Assembly (NCBI RefSeq): GCF_018977255.1
Contig: NW_024704745.1
Coordinates: 21,204,001 to 21,268,000, forward strand
Reading direction: 5' to 3'
DNA: 64,000 nt
Origin: Callorhinchus milii
Taxonomy: Eukaryota
Shown: positions 1 to 13,635 of the stretch, in pieces
How positions within the stretch are numbered: the first letter of the stretch is position 1
Layout: the number at the start of each line of letters is the position of its first letter
Notes under the pieces: model-generated
The model's input: the letters and a program-made list of their open reading frames with translations, nothing else
Told to the model about the DNA's origin: nothing
Database searches by the model: none
Program-made: the position numbers and the translations under genes

Positions 1-1385
1 GGAGCCTAGTGCGTGAGAGTACACAAGCTGCAGAGTTTTGGATGATCTGCAGCTTGTGAAGGGAAGAGTTGGGAAGGCCGATGAGGAGGGAGTTCCTGTA
101 ATTGAGCCTTGATGTGACGAATGCGTGGGTGAGGGTTTCGGCAGCCTGAAGGGTGAGACAGTGGCGGAGTCTGGCAATGTTGCGGAGGTGGTGGTAGGCA
201 GTGCCGGTCATGGCGCGGATGTGGGGGAGAAAGGTCAGTTCAAGGTTGAACAAGATACTCAGGTTCCTGACTGGCTTAGTGAGGTTGAGTGTGCAGCCGT
301 GGAGGCTGATGCTGCCAGCACCAATCTGGAGGGCCTCGGTCTTGCTGACATTGAGTTGGAGAAAGTTGTCCCTCGTCCAGGACTTGATGTCGGACAGGCA
401 GTCGGTCCGGACGCCAATAATCCTGGAGTTGGGGGTGGAGGCAGAGAGGTGGAGTTGGATGTCATCCGCATACATGCGGAAATTTACCTCATGTCTGAGG
501 ATGATGTCACCAAGGGGGAGCATGTAGAGGGTGAAGAGGAGAGGACCGAGGACAGAGCCCTGAGGAACACCGCACAAGATGGTGCGGGGGCTGGAGGAGA
601 AGCCGTTTGCCGCAACAAAGTGGAGGCAGTGTGAAAGGTAGAACCTGAACCAATCAGGGACAGAATCTTGAAAGTTGAAGTGGGAGGAGAGGTGGTGGAG
701 GAGGATTGAGTGGTCCATGGTGTCAAAGATGGTGGAGAGGTCGAGGAGGCAGAGGGAGCCCTGGTCACACACACATGGTCAGGATGTTGTTTGTGACCTT
801 GACCAGAGGGGTTCATGAAGGGAGCAAGAGGAGAGGAAAGAACGAAAGAGCGAAGCTGGGAGGTAACGGCTCTCTCAAGGACCTTGAATAGGAAGGGGAG
901 ATTTGAGATGGGCTGGTAGCTAGATAGTTGTGATGGGTCAAGGAAAGGTTTCTTCAAGGTGGGGTTGAGAGTGGCTGTTTTAAGGGGGGAAGGAACAGTG
1001 CCAGATGACAGGGAGAGGTTAATGATGTCGGCGAGTAGTGGGGTAAGGAGGTGGAGCTGGGATTTAAGGAAGGGGGTGAGGTAAGGAGGTGGAGCTGGGA
1101 TTTAAGGAGAGGGGTGGGGATGGGGTCCAGGGAGCAGGTGGTGAGCTTCATGGAGGTTACAGTGATGAAGACAGAGGCGGGGGTAACAGGTTCAAAGGTG
1201 TGGAAGGAGGGATTGGTAGTTGTCGGGTGGGTAGTTATGTGGAGTGGGGGTAGGCAGGGGGTGGAAGTTGGGAGGGCAGTGGCAGCTGAGTGGATTCCCT
1301 TGATTTTGAACTCAAGGAAGCCCAGCACTTTCTCGCAGTGAAAGAATTTGCGAGGCATGTGGGGGAGGGTGGAGGAGCCAGTTGG
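1..1385 (-). mobile_element. L2-clade LINE, degenerate ORF2 (pre-RT and RT region), runs off the window edge
   Basis: Fragments TTCSLDPIPTPLLK and [29 protein letters not shown], plus YADD-region DNA (cggatgacatc). Several frameshifts and deletions. Confidence 0.9.
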
Positions 1386-2189
1386 TGGTAGAGAACAGGA
1401 ACCTGGGGTTTGCCTTCGCTTCCAGGATTAAACATTAAATCTAAACTGGATGTCTCCAAGTCTTAGTTGATGAACCAGATCTAATGTCTACTATTATTGG
1501 ACAACTGTGGACCTGTCTGGCCTTTTCAAGCATTGCCTCTCAGAATCAATTCACGACAGCCCCCTTACCCTGCACAAGGAGGATTGTTTTCAGACTGGAA
1601 CCATAAAAGGACCCACCAGTAATTGAACCCAGAATGTTCTGGTCACAGGTCTGGTGTTCAATCAACTGAGCTTTAATGCAATCCTTCTCTCTCTGGCCTT
1701 GATGGTGCACTCACTGCCTGTAGGTCCTTGACGCTTCACCTAGCTTCGGGAGGAAATGACGCCCTGGATGTTACAGTACATTTGAAATGCCCAAAGAAGC
1801 ACCAACAACAAAATTAAACTTGGCGTTTCAAAACTGTGGGATCTGTCTGCAACACTGTATACAATAGGTTAAGAATCACCCAAGCAGTGACACCCAGATG
1901 GCGGGTTTACAGTGGCCCATTTCCATACTCAATAACATTGCTGACTAACATGTCCTGTTTGTCACAACATTTTATTTTAAATGAGCAAGTTTTGTTTTGT
2001 AGAGCATAAAAGTCTTGTACATTGGCTCACAGATGATGCAAACACTTATTTTAGGAAGTCATCCCCAAACAGTTCCATACAATGTCATTAGGTATCCAAT
2101 AATGGCTGGGTTTGGAAGATTACACAAGCTGAAAAGATGCAAGAATGTCATTTTATAAACAGCATTTAACTCCCAATATGGTGAAAAAG

Positions 2190-2440
2190 AAGGTCCTTCA
2201 GCCATTTAAAGAGTGCCCACCCAATTTCCATAATACAGCAACAAACTGTCTGTTAAATAACTTTTGTCCTGTTCCCCAGCTTTCCTTCCTGGTAACTTGT
2301 TCCAGCTATTCACTGCCCTCTGTGTAAAGAAATACTTACTGGAATCTGTCCAAAACATATCCTTCATAATCCTGAAACACCTTGTTCCAGGTTTAACTTT
2401 TGCGATTCCATTAACCCAGAAAAATATTTTTTGAATGCAA
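2190..2440 (-). mobile_element. CR1 LINE 3' remnant
   Basis: ORF 2206..2523 contains KYFFTQRAVNSWNKLP, the CR1 ORF2 C-terminal motif. Confidence 0.7.
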
Positions 2441-3342
2441 GAAAAACAGGGTATTGAAAGAGGATTCCAGCTAGAGGTACTGTTTTTCAGCTTGCAACAC
2501 AAATTCTCTGCTCTTGTCTTCATGTGATAACAGGGTTGAAGTCAGACTGTTTTTTTTTAAGTATCGGGTGGTTGGAATGGAAGTGGGGCAGCAGTGGCTC
2601 ACTCTCACATCAACAAGCGCCTTAAATACGAAAGAATGGGGTGGACTGCTAAATCTGCTATGCAGGAGCCAAAGGCTACGATTGTAAGAAAAGCTAAACA
2701 ATGGGCCTAATGGGGTGAAGAATGCAATGATTCTTAACAGCCTGAGTAACAACAACAGCATACTGCATTTATATAGCACTATTCACGTCGGGAGGGCGTC
2801 CCAAGATTGCTGGACAATCGAGGGTTTGCACCCCTCAAATCCCAGCAAAACTGTTAAGAAACCTTGCATTCGTCACCCCAATATTCCAAGCAAAATCACA
2901 ACAATCATGAATTTGTAACCTCCTTAAATCCTGTGAATTTTTGGAAGCAGCTGAGCAAACGTTATTTCTAACAAATATATAAATTGATTTGATCAAATGG
3001 ATTCAGATAGATCATACGATGTTCATTTTGTAAATCCTTAGACTTCCATAAAACAATATGAAATTATTTTAGTCAGTGCATATTACAAACAAAATATTAA
3101 TTTGATCCCCCCATACACCCCACCATCAGTTTCACTCTGTTGTCACAAGAATAAGAAGGTTGGCCACTTCCAATTCTCGAACCTATGTCACTATGTCTGA
3201 TCACTGGGAACAGCTCAGTGCAATTCTCTTCCACTTGAGATAGTCTTGACCTCCATTCAACAGTTCTTTCTTCAAGACAATACTGGCTAAGATCCTAACA
3301 TGCTATACTACTCCACTAACCGTACTGCTTTGAAACACCAGT

Positions 3343-3745
3343 AACAACAACAACAACTTGCATTTATGTAGCTCCCTCCACGCCGGGAGGCGTCTCAGAG
3401 TGCTTAACAATGCAGAGCCCGAAGCTGAGCCTGGGGGAGGGGGAAAGTAACCTTAGGTGTGGTCGAAAAGGAAGGTTTTCATGCCCGACCCGAAGATGGG
3501 GAAGGAGGGGCCGAGGCGAAGGGGTTGAGGGAGGGAGTTCCAAAGTTTCAGGGCACAGTGGCTGAAACTACAGCCACCGATGGTGGAGTGGAGGACTCAG
3601 AGGAAGCCGGACCCTTAGACCGGAGGCAACGGGTACTGCTGTGGGAAGAGAGGAGGTTAGAGAGATAGGGGGATGCTAAGGAATGGAGGGATTAAAACAC
3701 TAGAGTCAGGATCTTGAAGTCGATCCGCTTTGTGACAGTAAAGCA
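3343..3745 (-). mobile_element. L2 3' fragment (older subfamily, ATGCAAG(TTG)n tail)
   Basis: Tail caacaacaacttgcatttat followed by the decayed RIDFKIL-encoding region (aggatcttgaagtcgatccg). Confidence 0.75.
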
Positions 3746-4440
3746 ATTATGTAGCAATTCATTGCTGGGAAATGACAAGCACTATCAGTTTTAGAAAACA
3801 CAGAGTAACCCTAATGTTCCTCAGTGGTGAGGCATCTCCTGATTCTCATGACAATACAAGCTGACAGTAGATTGCAGACCATGTCCCCAAGGTACTTCAT
3901 CTCCTCACATTCCTTGCTTTCCTCTTACTACTCGATATTACACCACCTTCCTTCCCTCCTAGCAAACCACAATCCACCCATCAATTTTTTTCAGTCCAGC
4001 CTGCTTATAGCAATGTTAGAGTTCCTTCTTAATACAATGCTTTTCCAGAATAACATTATTGGTAAAAAGAACAGATTCTCTGTTTGGCCCATGCTGGCAT
4101 GATACCTTCGTTTAAAATGGCAAGCAGTACATGTCAGCACAAGCCTCCTTTCATTACCAGTCACAAATGTGTCGCAATTGATAAAACGGAGCAGTGACAT
4201 TTCAGGATCAAATGTTTAGATGGTCTGTGACTTCAAGAGAAAGTGACTTGAAGTGGATGAGAGGATCTTAAAATTGATCTACTGAGCCAGGAAGTGGCTA
4301 GAGACAAGGGTTTGTACTGTGACACGGAGTGGAATGTCTCCATGTTTTTCACTGTAGTTTTAATCCATTGGGCTATGCGTTTGCAAACAACAAATACTGG
4401 AATGCTTGGTGAAGGCAGTGTCCCTTGAAAGCAGATTTAA

Positions 4441-4805
4441 AACAACAATTTGCACTTATATAGAACCTTTCACATAGGAGAATTTCTTGAAACATTTTAC
4501 ATATGTGGAGTGGAAGCCCAAGCTGGAGGGAGAGAGAGTTGAAGGCAAGGTCAAAGATAGTTTTTTTACATGGGTTTTGAAAGCAGAGTGAAAGGGAACG
4601 AGGTGGAGGGATTTGGGAAGAGAATTCCAGAGAGCAGGGACAAAGTGGCTTAAGGTTCGTCTGTCAATGGTGGGGCAGGTGAATAGCTTGAAGCAAGCCA
4701 GAGTTGAGCGAGTGACCAGTAGGCTGCAAGAGATCACAGAGGTAGGTTGGGGCAGGACACTTGAAGTTGAGGACGAGGATCTTAAAATCGATCCGCTGGG
4801 CGAGA
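4441..4805 (-). mobile_element. L2 3' fragment
   Basis: ORF PTIDRRTLSHFVPALWNSLP..FKTHVK and an L2-type tail. Confidence 0.75.
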
Positions 4806-6231
4806 AGTGCAAAAAGTATTATAGCTCACTGAAAACATACAGGAACAACTGTGTAATGTGGTCAATGTATCTGATGGTAGCAAATGTTCTTGGAGTTGGC
4901 ACTCCCTAGACTCACCTGTGATCCATGTTTTGTCTTTGTGTTTTTCTATCACATGACTATTCACACCCTTTGACTATTGCCCTTCTGGCATCCTTGCAGC
5001 AGATTCAAACTCCTCTGCCGTGGCGCTCTCTATTTGACTGTGATTTACATGTCCTAAATTCACACAAATCCTTTATAAGTTATGCCAGTTCTCTTTACCT
5101 GAAATTTTAAAGGGCTGCTTTTTCTTTTTGTCCACTGCACAGCTATGAACGTAAATGATTAGGTACAGTAAGGTACAGTGCAGTTCAGGCACATGCTGAT
5201 TGCCGGCTAAAATATAAGCTGTACTGCTCAAAAAACAAACAACAGCAATGAGCAAGCCATTAAGTAACACTGCTCCTTTGCTGCAGATCAGAACTTCCTG
5301 CACCATGATCATTAAGAAACAACAACAACTTGAATTTTATATGTCCTTCATGTAGCAATAACATCTCGGGAGCACTTGAAAAGAATCAGTAGTAAAAGAA
5401 ACAAACCCAAACCCCATACCAATACACACTGTCACTAGCTTCTATATCAATTGCTGCATTGCTTTAAATTGAGAACTTACCAAACTCTGGAACAGGGAAG
5501 GGAAGTCCCAAAATACTGTACATTCACAGCTGAAATTGCGGTTTCTTTGCCTCTGAATCCCCAGCACAACAGAGCAGCCTCTCCACAGCAGTAAGTGACT
5601 ACCTACAAATGTACTTTGTTTCGTTCAGAGGGTTCATAGGGCTGTACCTCCCACACTAGCTGCCTAGCTCCATCAATACACATGGGAGTGACAGGCTCAC
5701 AGATGTCCCGCCCTCTTTACTCCCTTGTACTGTACTATACTTCTGGGATTGGCTGGTCTGCCGCGTGGCATCAGCTCGGGGCTTCTGATCTTGCACATTC
5801 TAAGGGCTGAGAGAATACAAGCCTTGCTTTTGCAAGGTTTTGATTCAAGCCAGCACCCAATTCTTGAAATATTTTCAAAGAACAAAAGACGTGTATAGTC
5901 TCCAATGCCCCCCTCCCCCCATCCCCACCCCAGCTCAGCAAACATGGGCCTGCTACACGTCACTCACGTATCGGCAGCACGGCCTTTAGCTACTATGCCC
6001 TCACCCAGTGCAACTGTCTCCCACCCTATCTATTTTTAAAGCTGCCTAAAAACCTACCTCTTTGATTAGACCTATGGTCACCTATCCCCCTTGGGCTCAG
6101 TGTCTCTATGAAGTGCTCAGGGCCAGTATGGTGCAATAATCCTTCTATTTCATAGAGAGCCTTCACATCAGGAGAATGTGTCAAAGCACTTCACAGGATT
6201 TGTTGTAGAGTGTAGTGACTGTATGTTGTAC

Positions 6232-6560
6232 AATACAATATAAATTTATATTTACAAAGCACCTATCACATCAGGAGGACATCTCAAGGTGCTTGACATT
6301 CTTGGCTTGGCACCTGAACTGGGGGTGAGGAGAGACAAGAGGTGCCATCAAAGAGGAAGGCCTTGAAACAGATCTTGAAAGAGTTGTGGGAGGGGGCCAG
6401 TGCTCACTGAGTGAAGAGAGCAGCCAAGTTGGTATGGGTTGAGGAGGTTGCCAGAGGTAGGGTGGGACGACATCATGAAGGGATTTGAAGGTGAGAACAA
6501 GGATCTTGAACTTGCTCTGTTGGGGTATAGGGAACCAATGGAGCTGGGCAAGGACAGGAC
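6232..6560 (-). mobile_element. L2 3' fragment
   Basis: Decayed tail plus LHWxP..FKIL region (aggatcttgaact...ccaatggagc). Confidence 0.65.
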
Positions 6561-6564
6561 CGAT

Positions 6565-6745
6565 AGACGGGACCTCAGTTTAACTTTCATCTGAAGGACA
6601 ACATCTCCAACAAAGGAGCACTCTCCCAGCACTGCAGTGGAGTGTAAGCCTAGACTGTGAGTTCAAAGTCCTGACTTGGGGCTTGAATCCACAACTTCTG
6701 AGGTGAGAGGTGAGAGTGTTACCAACTGAGCCAGGCTGACACCTA
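6565..6745 (-). mobile_element. DeuSINE-like SINE, 5' half
   Basis: tRNA-like head with A/B boxes, followed by the core ttcagatgaaagttaaactgaggtcccgtc. Confidence 0.7.
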
Positions 6746-9434
6746 CTCCATTTGAAGTACACTGGATAAATGCAAGTTGTTGTTGTAAAAGTGACCTCTT
6801 CTTGGGCTTAATTTTAAACAAAAGCCATGTTGGTTTAATGACAGTATTCAGAGCAAGACTAAAAATTGGCAGAATTTTGAATTCAAGTTTAGTTTTGCTA
6901 CTCATGGGTTTTCAGTATAGTAGCTGGTTAAATAATAGAAAAATATTGATACTTAAAATAGTTCACAGGATTTGAGGTACCATGAGGTACCTTTGAAAGT
7001 GAATGTAAAGGTTCAAAAGGAGTAAGGGTAGTCGTAAAATTATGTTTATAACAACGGTAAGGCAGGTGGGGTTACTTTTTTACTGAAGTATTTGATTTTC
7101 CCACTGAGATTTCATTCAATTGTAACACACGCGTTCCCTTTGCTAAAACTGGCTTCAAGAAGCATGGTTATAATGCCAAACATTCCCCTCAAAAATCTTT
7201 TCACACTCTATTAAACCCAAATCCAAGACTTCAATACTGCTCCATATCTGGGGAGGCTCTTAAACTACCTCTTTGCACTGAGTACAAAGCTGATAAGTGG
7301 ATCAGTGCTTCAATCACCTCAGGCCTCTAACCACTCCATTATAACCTGTCTTCTCTTTCTCCATTTTAATGATACTGTTATGGTCAGTGCTCCTTTGATC
7401 TTCCCTTTCTTGTTCCTCGAAACAACAAATAATCTGTCCTACGTGCTTCTCCTGCATGCTTTTGCACAATGCTGAAATAAAGATTCACAACACTGTCTCC
7501 CAACTCTCACACATTATTTTTCAGGACTTCAAGACTATGGAGTTATTAACCTTCCTTCGTCTTCCCTTCACAAGGCCAAAGAAAAGGATTAGATAAAGAA
7601 AGCCCTTCGGCACAGTTGATCTCATCCTTCCAGAATTGCAGCACAAAGCTGTTTCTTATGTAAGTCAAGTATCATGACCCCTTCCAAGAATCTATACAAT
7701 CTATACAATCTCCAGCAGTATTGGGACAAGCAGAACTCAAGACTACTAGGAGTTACAAATAATAATCCTTGCATTTGACCTACCACCTTTTGGATGACAT
7801 CTCAAAGAGCTTCACAGGATTTACTGTAAAGTGTGGTGACTGTATTTTGTAGGCAAACTCTTACCACTTTAGCATGAACTAAAGTGAGGTGACTCAGCTT
7901 CCCAAACAATAATGGGTAATAAAGAATGAAATGTGGCAGAAACTACAAGTATATGGGAATTAGTTCAGTCATAGTCAATAATATACTGTTCCCTAAACTA
8001 CACTATAGTAAATGTATTTCCAACTGATGCAAGACACTCTATCTATCAATCTTTTATTTCTCTCGTTGATTTTCTCCCCTCTACTCTCCTTTTACTTCTA
8101 AATACAGTTCTATAAGTTCTATCCAATATCTCTCTTGCGCAAGTGGCTATTATTCATGTGAAAAAGTGAGTGCAGTTTACAGTCTTAGCTGGAGATGACT
8201 CCATCCCGAATCACCCAAGCATCCCTTCCTGTATTCACCTGTCTGTAACTTTAGGTGCCAGGTTGCATAGCCAAGAGATCAGAGCTGGAAGCAAGATCTT
8301 AACCTCATTTAACACAAAACTCCTCAGGTTTTCGGGGCAAGCAAAACATTCCTAGGATGAAAATTGTTAGTTATTAAGGAAAATACTTATTTTCCTCTCT
8401 CTCTCTGGTGTTACTATTGCCACATTTGTGTCCTTCAGGCCAGTGTTTAATTTTTTTTACAGGTTGAACATAGGAATGTTGATACAGAGACTACCTGCAC
8501 TGTCACATCCTAAGGGTTAATAGGATCCCAATGCTCTTAATCCTGGTCAAACTGGCAAAACCTATTTACATACAGACGACACAGTATTTCCAACGTAAAA
8601 TACATCATCAGGGATACTCCCTAAGTTTACCTTTAGTTTAGAGGCATACGGTCACACCTCATATCTGTGTTACACTTCAGATATCATAATGGAGGCTTTA
8701 AATTGAAATTTAAATAATTCATCCAGTATATGTAGTGACACTGGAATCTAAAGTGCAATATTTGCTATATGTAGTTGTAACTAATGACCCCTGTTGGTAT
8801 CACAAATTGCATCACACCAATCTGGGAACTCCCGTCTGACTTGATTTACTTTCAGAGTGGAGATCCCATAGATCAGCGTAACATACTTCTGGTTACCATC
8901 AGGAGACAAAAGTTACAACTCAAAGTTGTTCTCAGGGAGGAAGGGGGAATATTGTGCTTTCAATTCCACTGGTGATGAGGATAAAAACTGGGATTCAGGG
9001 CCAGTAAACACACATTGTCAATTAGTGATATGAGGACGTACCGCCCCCCAGTGTCCAATCTTTTAAGTGGATGTAAAATATTAAACATTGGTGGTTCTTG
9101 TGTGAATTGTTTTAATTGCAGATGAGATTGTATTTGTTTAGATGAGAATAAATTGATGATACCATTTGTCATTATAAATGTGCAACCAAACCTTCATTAT
9201 AGATTGTGACCAGGACACAACAACCTTCCATGTCCGAGTATTTGGAACACACTATCACTTCACTACAGGCAACATCAACAGTATATATCAGGTTAACTCT
9301 CATTCTTTATTTAGCAAAAACACTAATTGTAGATGAGTTATAAGAGTAGCGTAATTTTTTTAAAGAAACTTAAAACAATATACAAGACTGGAAAAGACTC
9401 CTGTGTCAGATAACATACCTGAAACATTTATTAA

Positions 9435-10040
9435 AATAATAATAATCCTTGCATTTGATGTATTGCCTTTCATGATGGAAAACGATTCAAAGCGCTTCGC
9501 AGCATTTATAATAATAATAATAATAATAATCCTTGCTTTTGATATAGCGCTTTTCACGTCGGGAGGACGTCCCAAAGCGCTTCACAGAACACACTGTAAA
9601 GTGAATTGACTGTATATTTGTGGGCGAACGCGGCAGCCAATTGCGCACAGCAATGTCCCACAAACAGTCGTGGATTGAAAATGACCAATTTATTATTGTT
9701 TTTGGTTTTTGGAGGGATTATTATTAGGCGTGTGGAGTAAGGAAACTTGCCCAAGGTTTCGCCCTGCCTGGAATTGAACTCAGGTCTCTAGCTTGCAAAG
9801 CGAGTGCTCAACCACTGAGCTACAGGACTAGTGCAATATGCATACTTTACAGGCAAATGTGGCTGCCAATTTGCACACAGCAATGTCCCATAAACAGCCA
9901 TGAAATGATTGACTAATTTTAGGGAGATTGTTTTCCCAGGCATGGGGGGAAACTCCCTTCTCTTTTCAAATAGTGCCATGGGATCTTCACCAATCACATG
10001 AACAGGCAGACGGGACTTCGGTTTAATATCTCATCTGGAA
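9435..10040 (-). mobile_element. DeuSINE-like SINE interrupted by a younger tRNA-Ala SINE
   Basis: Tail at about 9435-9508; body with Deu core (gatgagatattaaaccgaag...aagatcccatggcact) at about 9830-10040. Confidence 0.75.
9509..9829 (-). mobile_element. tRNA-Ala-derived SINE, full length
   Basis: Head agtcctgtagctcagtggttgagcactcgctttgcaagc...gagttcaattcc, conserved body, hairpin tail and (TAT)n. Confidence 0.88.
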
Positions 10041-10888
10041 ACTGAAACATTTCTGTATCACTGAGGTGAAGCTGCTCTGCTTTACAGAGTACAAAGAAAA
10101 CATCGCTGGAAAGCTAATTATGGTGGCTTGATAATGACTGGAATCTTGTGCAGCATGACTGTACATTCATTATATTACTGTTCTCACCATAAAACCATAG
10201 AGATAAAAGTCTTTATTATTACAGCTGGAACTCAGCAATCCTATTTACACAGATTCCACGACTATAACGGAATGATTGTGTGCACATAAGTAAGAAAAGT
10301 GCTGGTGTAGGTGTATTCTTCTCATTTGGCATATGGAGTTAATAGGTTTCACTGTTCCTGCACAGCAAGTGTTTCAGGCACTGTGAGCCCCGGGTGTCCA
10401 CCTACACAACCAGTCTCCTGACTGTTCAATTGTTCACAACCACCAGTGACAACCAAAGACTCAGCACAAATCATCGTTGGCTACGTGAACCTCGTTCAGA
10501 GATACCACAGCATTTGGCCAGCAAACCAATTCTGATCAACCAAAAATGGGTCTGTTCAATACAAATAGTCCAAAGTGTGGAAAAAACACCAAACTGACTG
10601 GTTAAATAAAGTACTGAATAACACCAGTGGAAAACTGTCAAACCCAAGACACTCTGGCAATCACACACCATACCTGTGGCAGATTAGCAGCTCACAGACT
10701 CCACACAGATGCAAATGCATAGAGAGAACAACCTGCTCCCTCTATAACTGGAAAGGACGGTATTAACTCTGAAGGAGGCCTACAATGTAGCTACGCTACT
10801 CATTTATATTACCACCATATCTGCTGCAGCACCAACATTTTCAATATGGTAACAGTTTATTTTTGCTGTTTTTTCCCTTCTTACACCA

Positions 10889-11875
10889 CTTCCCCTTGGT
10901 GACATCATCCGCAGACATGGGGTCAACATCCATATGTATGCGGATGACACCCAACTCTATCTTTCTGCCTCCACCTTCAACTCCAGGACCACTGCTGTCC
11001 TGACAGACTGCCTGTTGGACATCAAGTCCTAAATGAGGGCAAATTTCCTACAGTTGAATGTGAACAAGACTGAAGCCCTCCTGATTGGCTCGTGCCAGCG
11101 CCTCAGCACCTCAGGCTCTGGCAGCATCAACCTCCATGGTTGCACACTACAACTCACCAAGCCAGTCAGGAACCCAGGTGTCTTGTTCGACTCTCAACTG
11201 TTTTTTCTTCCCCACATCCAAGCCATGACCTTCCCTCACCTCTGTAACATCGCTCGACTCCGCCACTACCTCACCCCTCAGGCCGCTGAAACTCTTGTTC
11301 ATGCCTTCATCACCTCCAGGCTCGACTATGCAAATGCCCTGCTTGTCGGCCTTCCCAACTCCTCCCTCCACAGGCTGCAGATAATCCAGAACTCTGCAGT
11401 CCGTGTCCTCTCCCGCACCAAACTCCCTGATCCCATCTCCCCCATTCTCACCCGACTCCACTGGCTCCCTATCCTTCAGAGGATCCAGTTCAAGATCCTG
11501 GTCCTCGCCCTCACCCCACCCTACCTCTGCGACATCCTAACCTGCTACCAACCCGCCGGCTCCCTCCACTCAGCCGGCTCTGGCCTGCTCCCCCGACCCA
11601 TCTGCCCCACCATTGGTGGGAGAGCCTTCGGCCACTCTGCCCCCAACCTCTAGAATTCCATCCCCCAGTCACTCTGCCTCGCCTCCTCCTTAACCTCCTT
11701 CAAGTCCCGCCTCAAAACCCTCCTCTTCGACCATGTCATCGGTCACCCCCCTTCCCCTCTCCTCCCTTCTCGCCCCCTGATCCCATCTCGGGTCTGAAAT
11801 GCTGTACACTATCGAGCGCCTTGGGACGTCCTCTCAACGTGAAGGGTGCTATATAAATGTAATCTTGTTGTTGTT
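10889..11875 (+). mobile_element. L2 LINE, 5'-truncated (YADD region to 3' tail)
   Basis: [21 protein letters not shown] and ORF 11033..11653 (LHWLP..IQFKIL..IGGRAF). Hairpin tail and (TTG)n. Confidence 0.93.
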
Positions 11876-12027
11876 TTCGCCATCCTGTTATTAAGTTGTG
11901 TGACTGCTAGTTAGATACGGTTCTAAAGGTACAGATCACCCTCTGGTAGCTAAGTGGCCAATAGTCACGTTCGAGCCTTGACGTGTTAATTATCAAGGAG
12001 TGGGGGTGGAAGGTGGGCTTTGTAGCC

Positions 12028-12350
12028 ATAAAGCACCTTGTCACGTCTGAACATCTCAAAGTATTTCACAGTTTTTCTGAAAAGTGCAGTGACTGCATTA
12101 TTTGTTGATGAATGTGGGGGTCAATTTGTGCATGGCAATGTCCCACAAATAGTCAAGAAGTGAATGACCTTTTTTTCATGGCCAGAGGAGAAATTGCTTT
12201 CTCTTTTCAAATAGTTGCATCGGATATTTAACGTCCACCTAAACAGGAAAACAGTACCTTGGTTTAATGTCTGACTCAAAGGGTGGCATCTCTAACACCA
12301 CCCGCCCCTCCCCCAGAACTGCACTGCAGTGTCAGCCTAGACTGTGAATT
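12028..12350 (-). mobile_element. DeuSINE-like SINE
   Basis: Similar to the copies at 27050 and 32152 in core, body and tail. Confidence 0.7.
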
Positions 12351-13392
12351 CATAGCTTCTGGTTGAAAGGCTGCCTCCTAAAGCATGTTTTTAGGCACAA
12401 TCGCATCAACTGCCAAGTACATAGAAGAACTTTAAACGGTTGTCATTTCTGGTGGAAATCCAAACGAGCTTCTAGAAAACATTTGCATTCCGTTCAGTTC
12501 ACATGGTAGCACGTTAGTAGTAAACTAACACTGACCGCACACACATTGCTTCAATCTTCTTACTGCCTCAAACTGTGGTAAAGGTTTCTATTGCAGTGCA
12601 TAATACTCCTTTGCGGTCAAAATATAGTACTTTAGTGCTGTGTGAAAAAGGCCAGTAAAGTTTTCTTTGCAGTTCAGAGTTTACATAGAATTACAAAGAC
12701 TGTACAAAAAGGCTATTTGGCCTAATTAGTCCATGCCGGTCTTTATACGCCACATGAGCCTTCTTCCTCATGTATGCAAGGATTATTATTATTACTATTA
12801 TGCATGAGGAAGTATTCCTTCATAACTTAGGCTAGTTTTACACTAACTTGGGTAAATTTTACAGATAATACTTTGATCAATACTTCATCGTTTGAGCAAA
12901 TGGAACCTACTGAGGTAGTACCAAAATACAAGTATAAAACAAATATTCCAGTCAATGTTGGGACAGAGAGAAGAGTACAGCAATGTGATTGGTGATAGAA
13001 TGCTGTCATACAATATCCTCCGCAGCATAGCCCATCCCTAAAGGAATCTTCTCATGGATTTCAGTTTATTTTGATATAACACTTTTAAAGTTTTTTCAAA
13101 TGACTATGTTGGGATTTAATTTGCGCTATTCACAAAAGGGATGGGAAGAACAAATTGTGATTTTAAAAACTGTCTAAAGTGGTGAAAAAAAGGTCAAGAA
13201 TGAAACATGGGTTTGTGCTCCTGCCTTTCGCACACATTGGTGGCATTTGGAAATCTGAACCAAAGCCGATCAAATTAGCACTTCCATCCCCTTTTGTGAA
13301 CATCCCAAATTCCATCCCCAAAAGCATAACAGTAGATAGGATTAAGGTAAGCTTCCAAAGCTAAGTGTTCTACAAACCAGACTTAACATTGA

Positions 13393-13635
13393 AATAATAA
13401 TAATCCTTGCAATTGAAATACTGCTTTATCAATTCATCGAGACATCTCGAAGCGCTTCACAGAATATACCATAAAGTGTAATGACTGTGTATTTTTGGGG
13501 CGAAACAGCCTACGCGGCAGCCAATTGTGCACAGCGACATTCCACAAGCAGTCGTAGATTGAATGACCAAATTATTGTTTTTGGAGAGATTATTACCCCC
13601 CAGATCTGCCAATCGACTAACTTCTGGTGAGTTAA
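13393..13635 (-). mobile_element. tRNA-Ala SINE family, long variant, 5'-truncated
   Basis: Standard 3' half plus an extra segment resembling 54393-54430. Confidence 0.7.

Noticed and set aside
125-634. Acidic, Gly-rich ORFs (also 11147..11461, 36232..36609, 49751..50170, 52912..53121)
   Set aside because: These are antisense frames of C-rich L2 ORF2 and recur only because the repeat recurs.
5697-5963. ORF or cassette exon with acceptor tctctcag at about 5806
   Set aside because: In the phase required after exon 5 it hits an immediate TAG, and it has no Shroom similarity.
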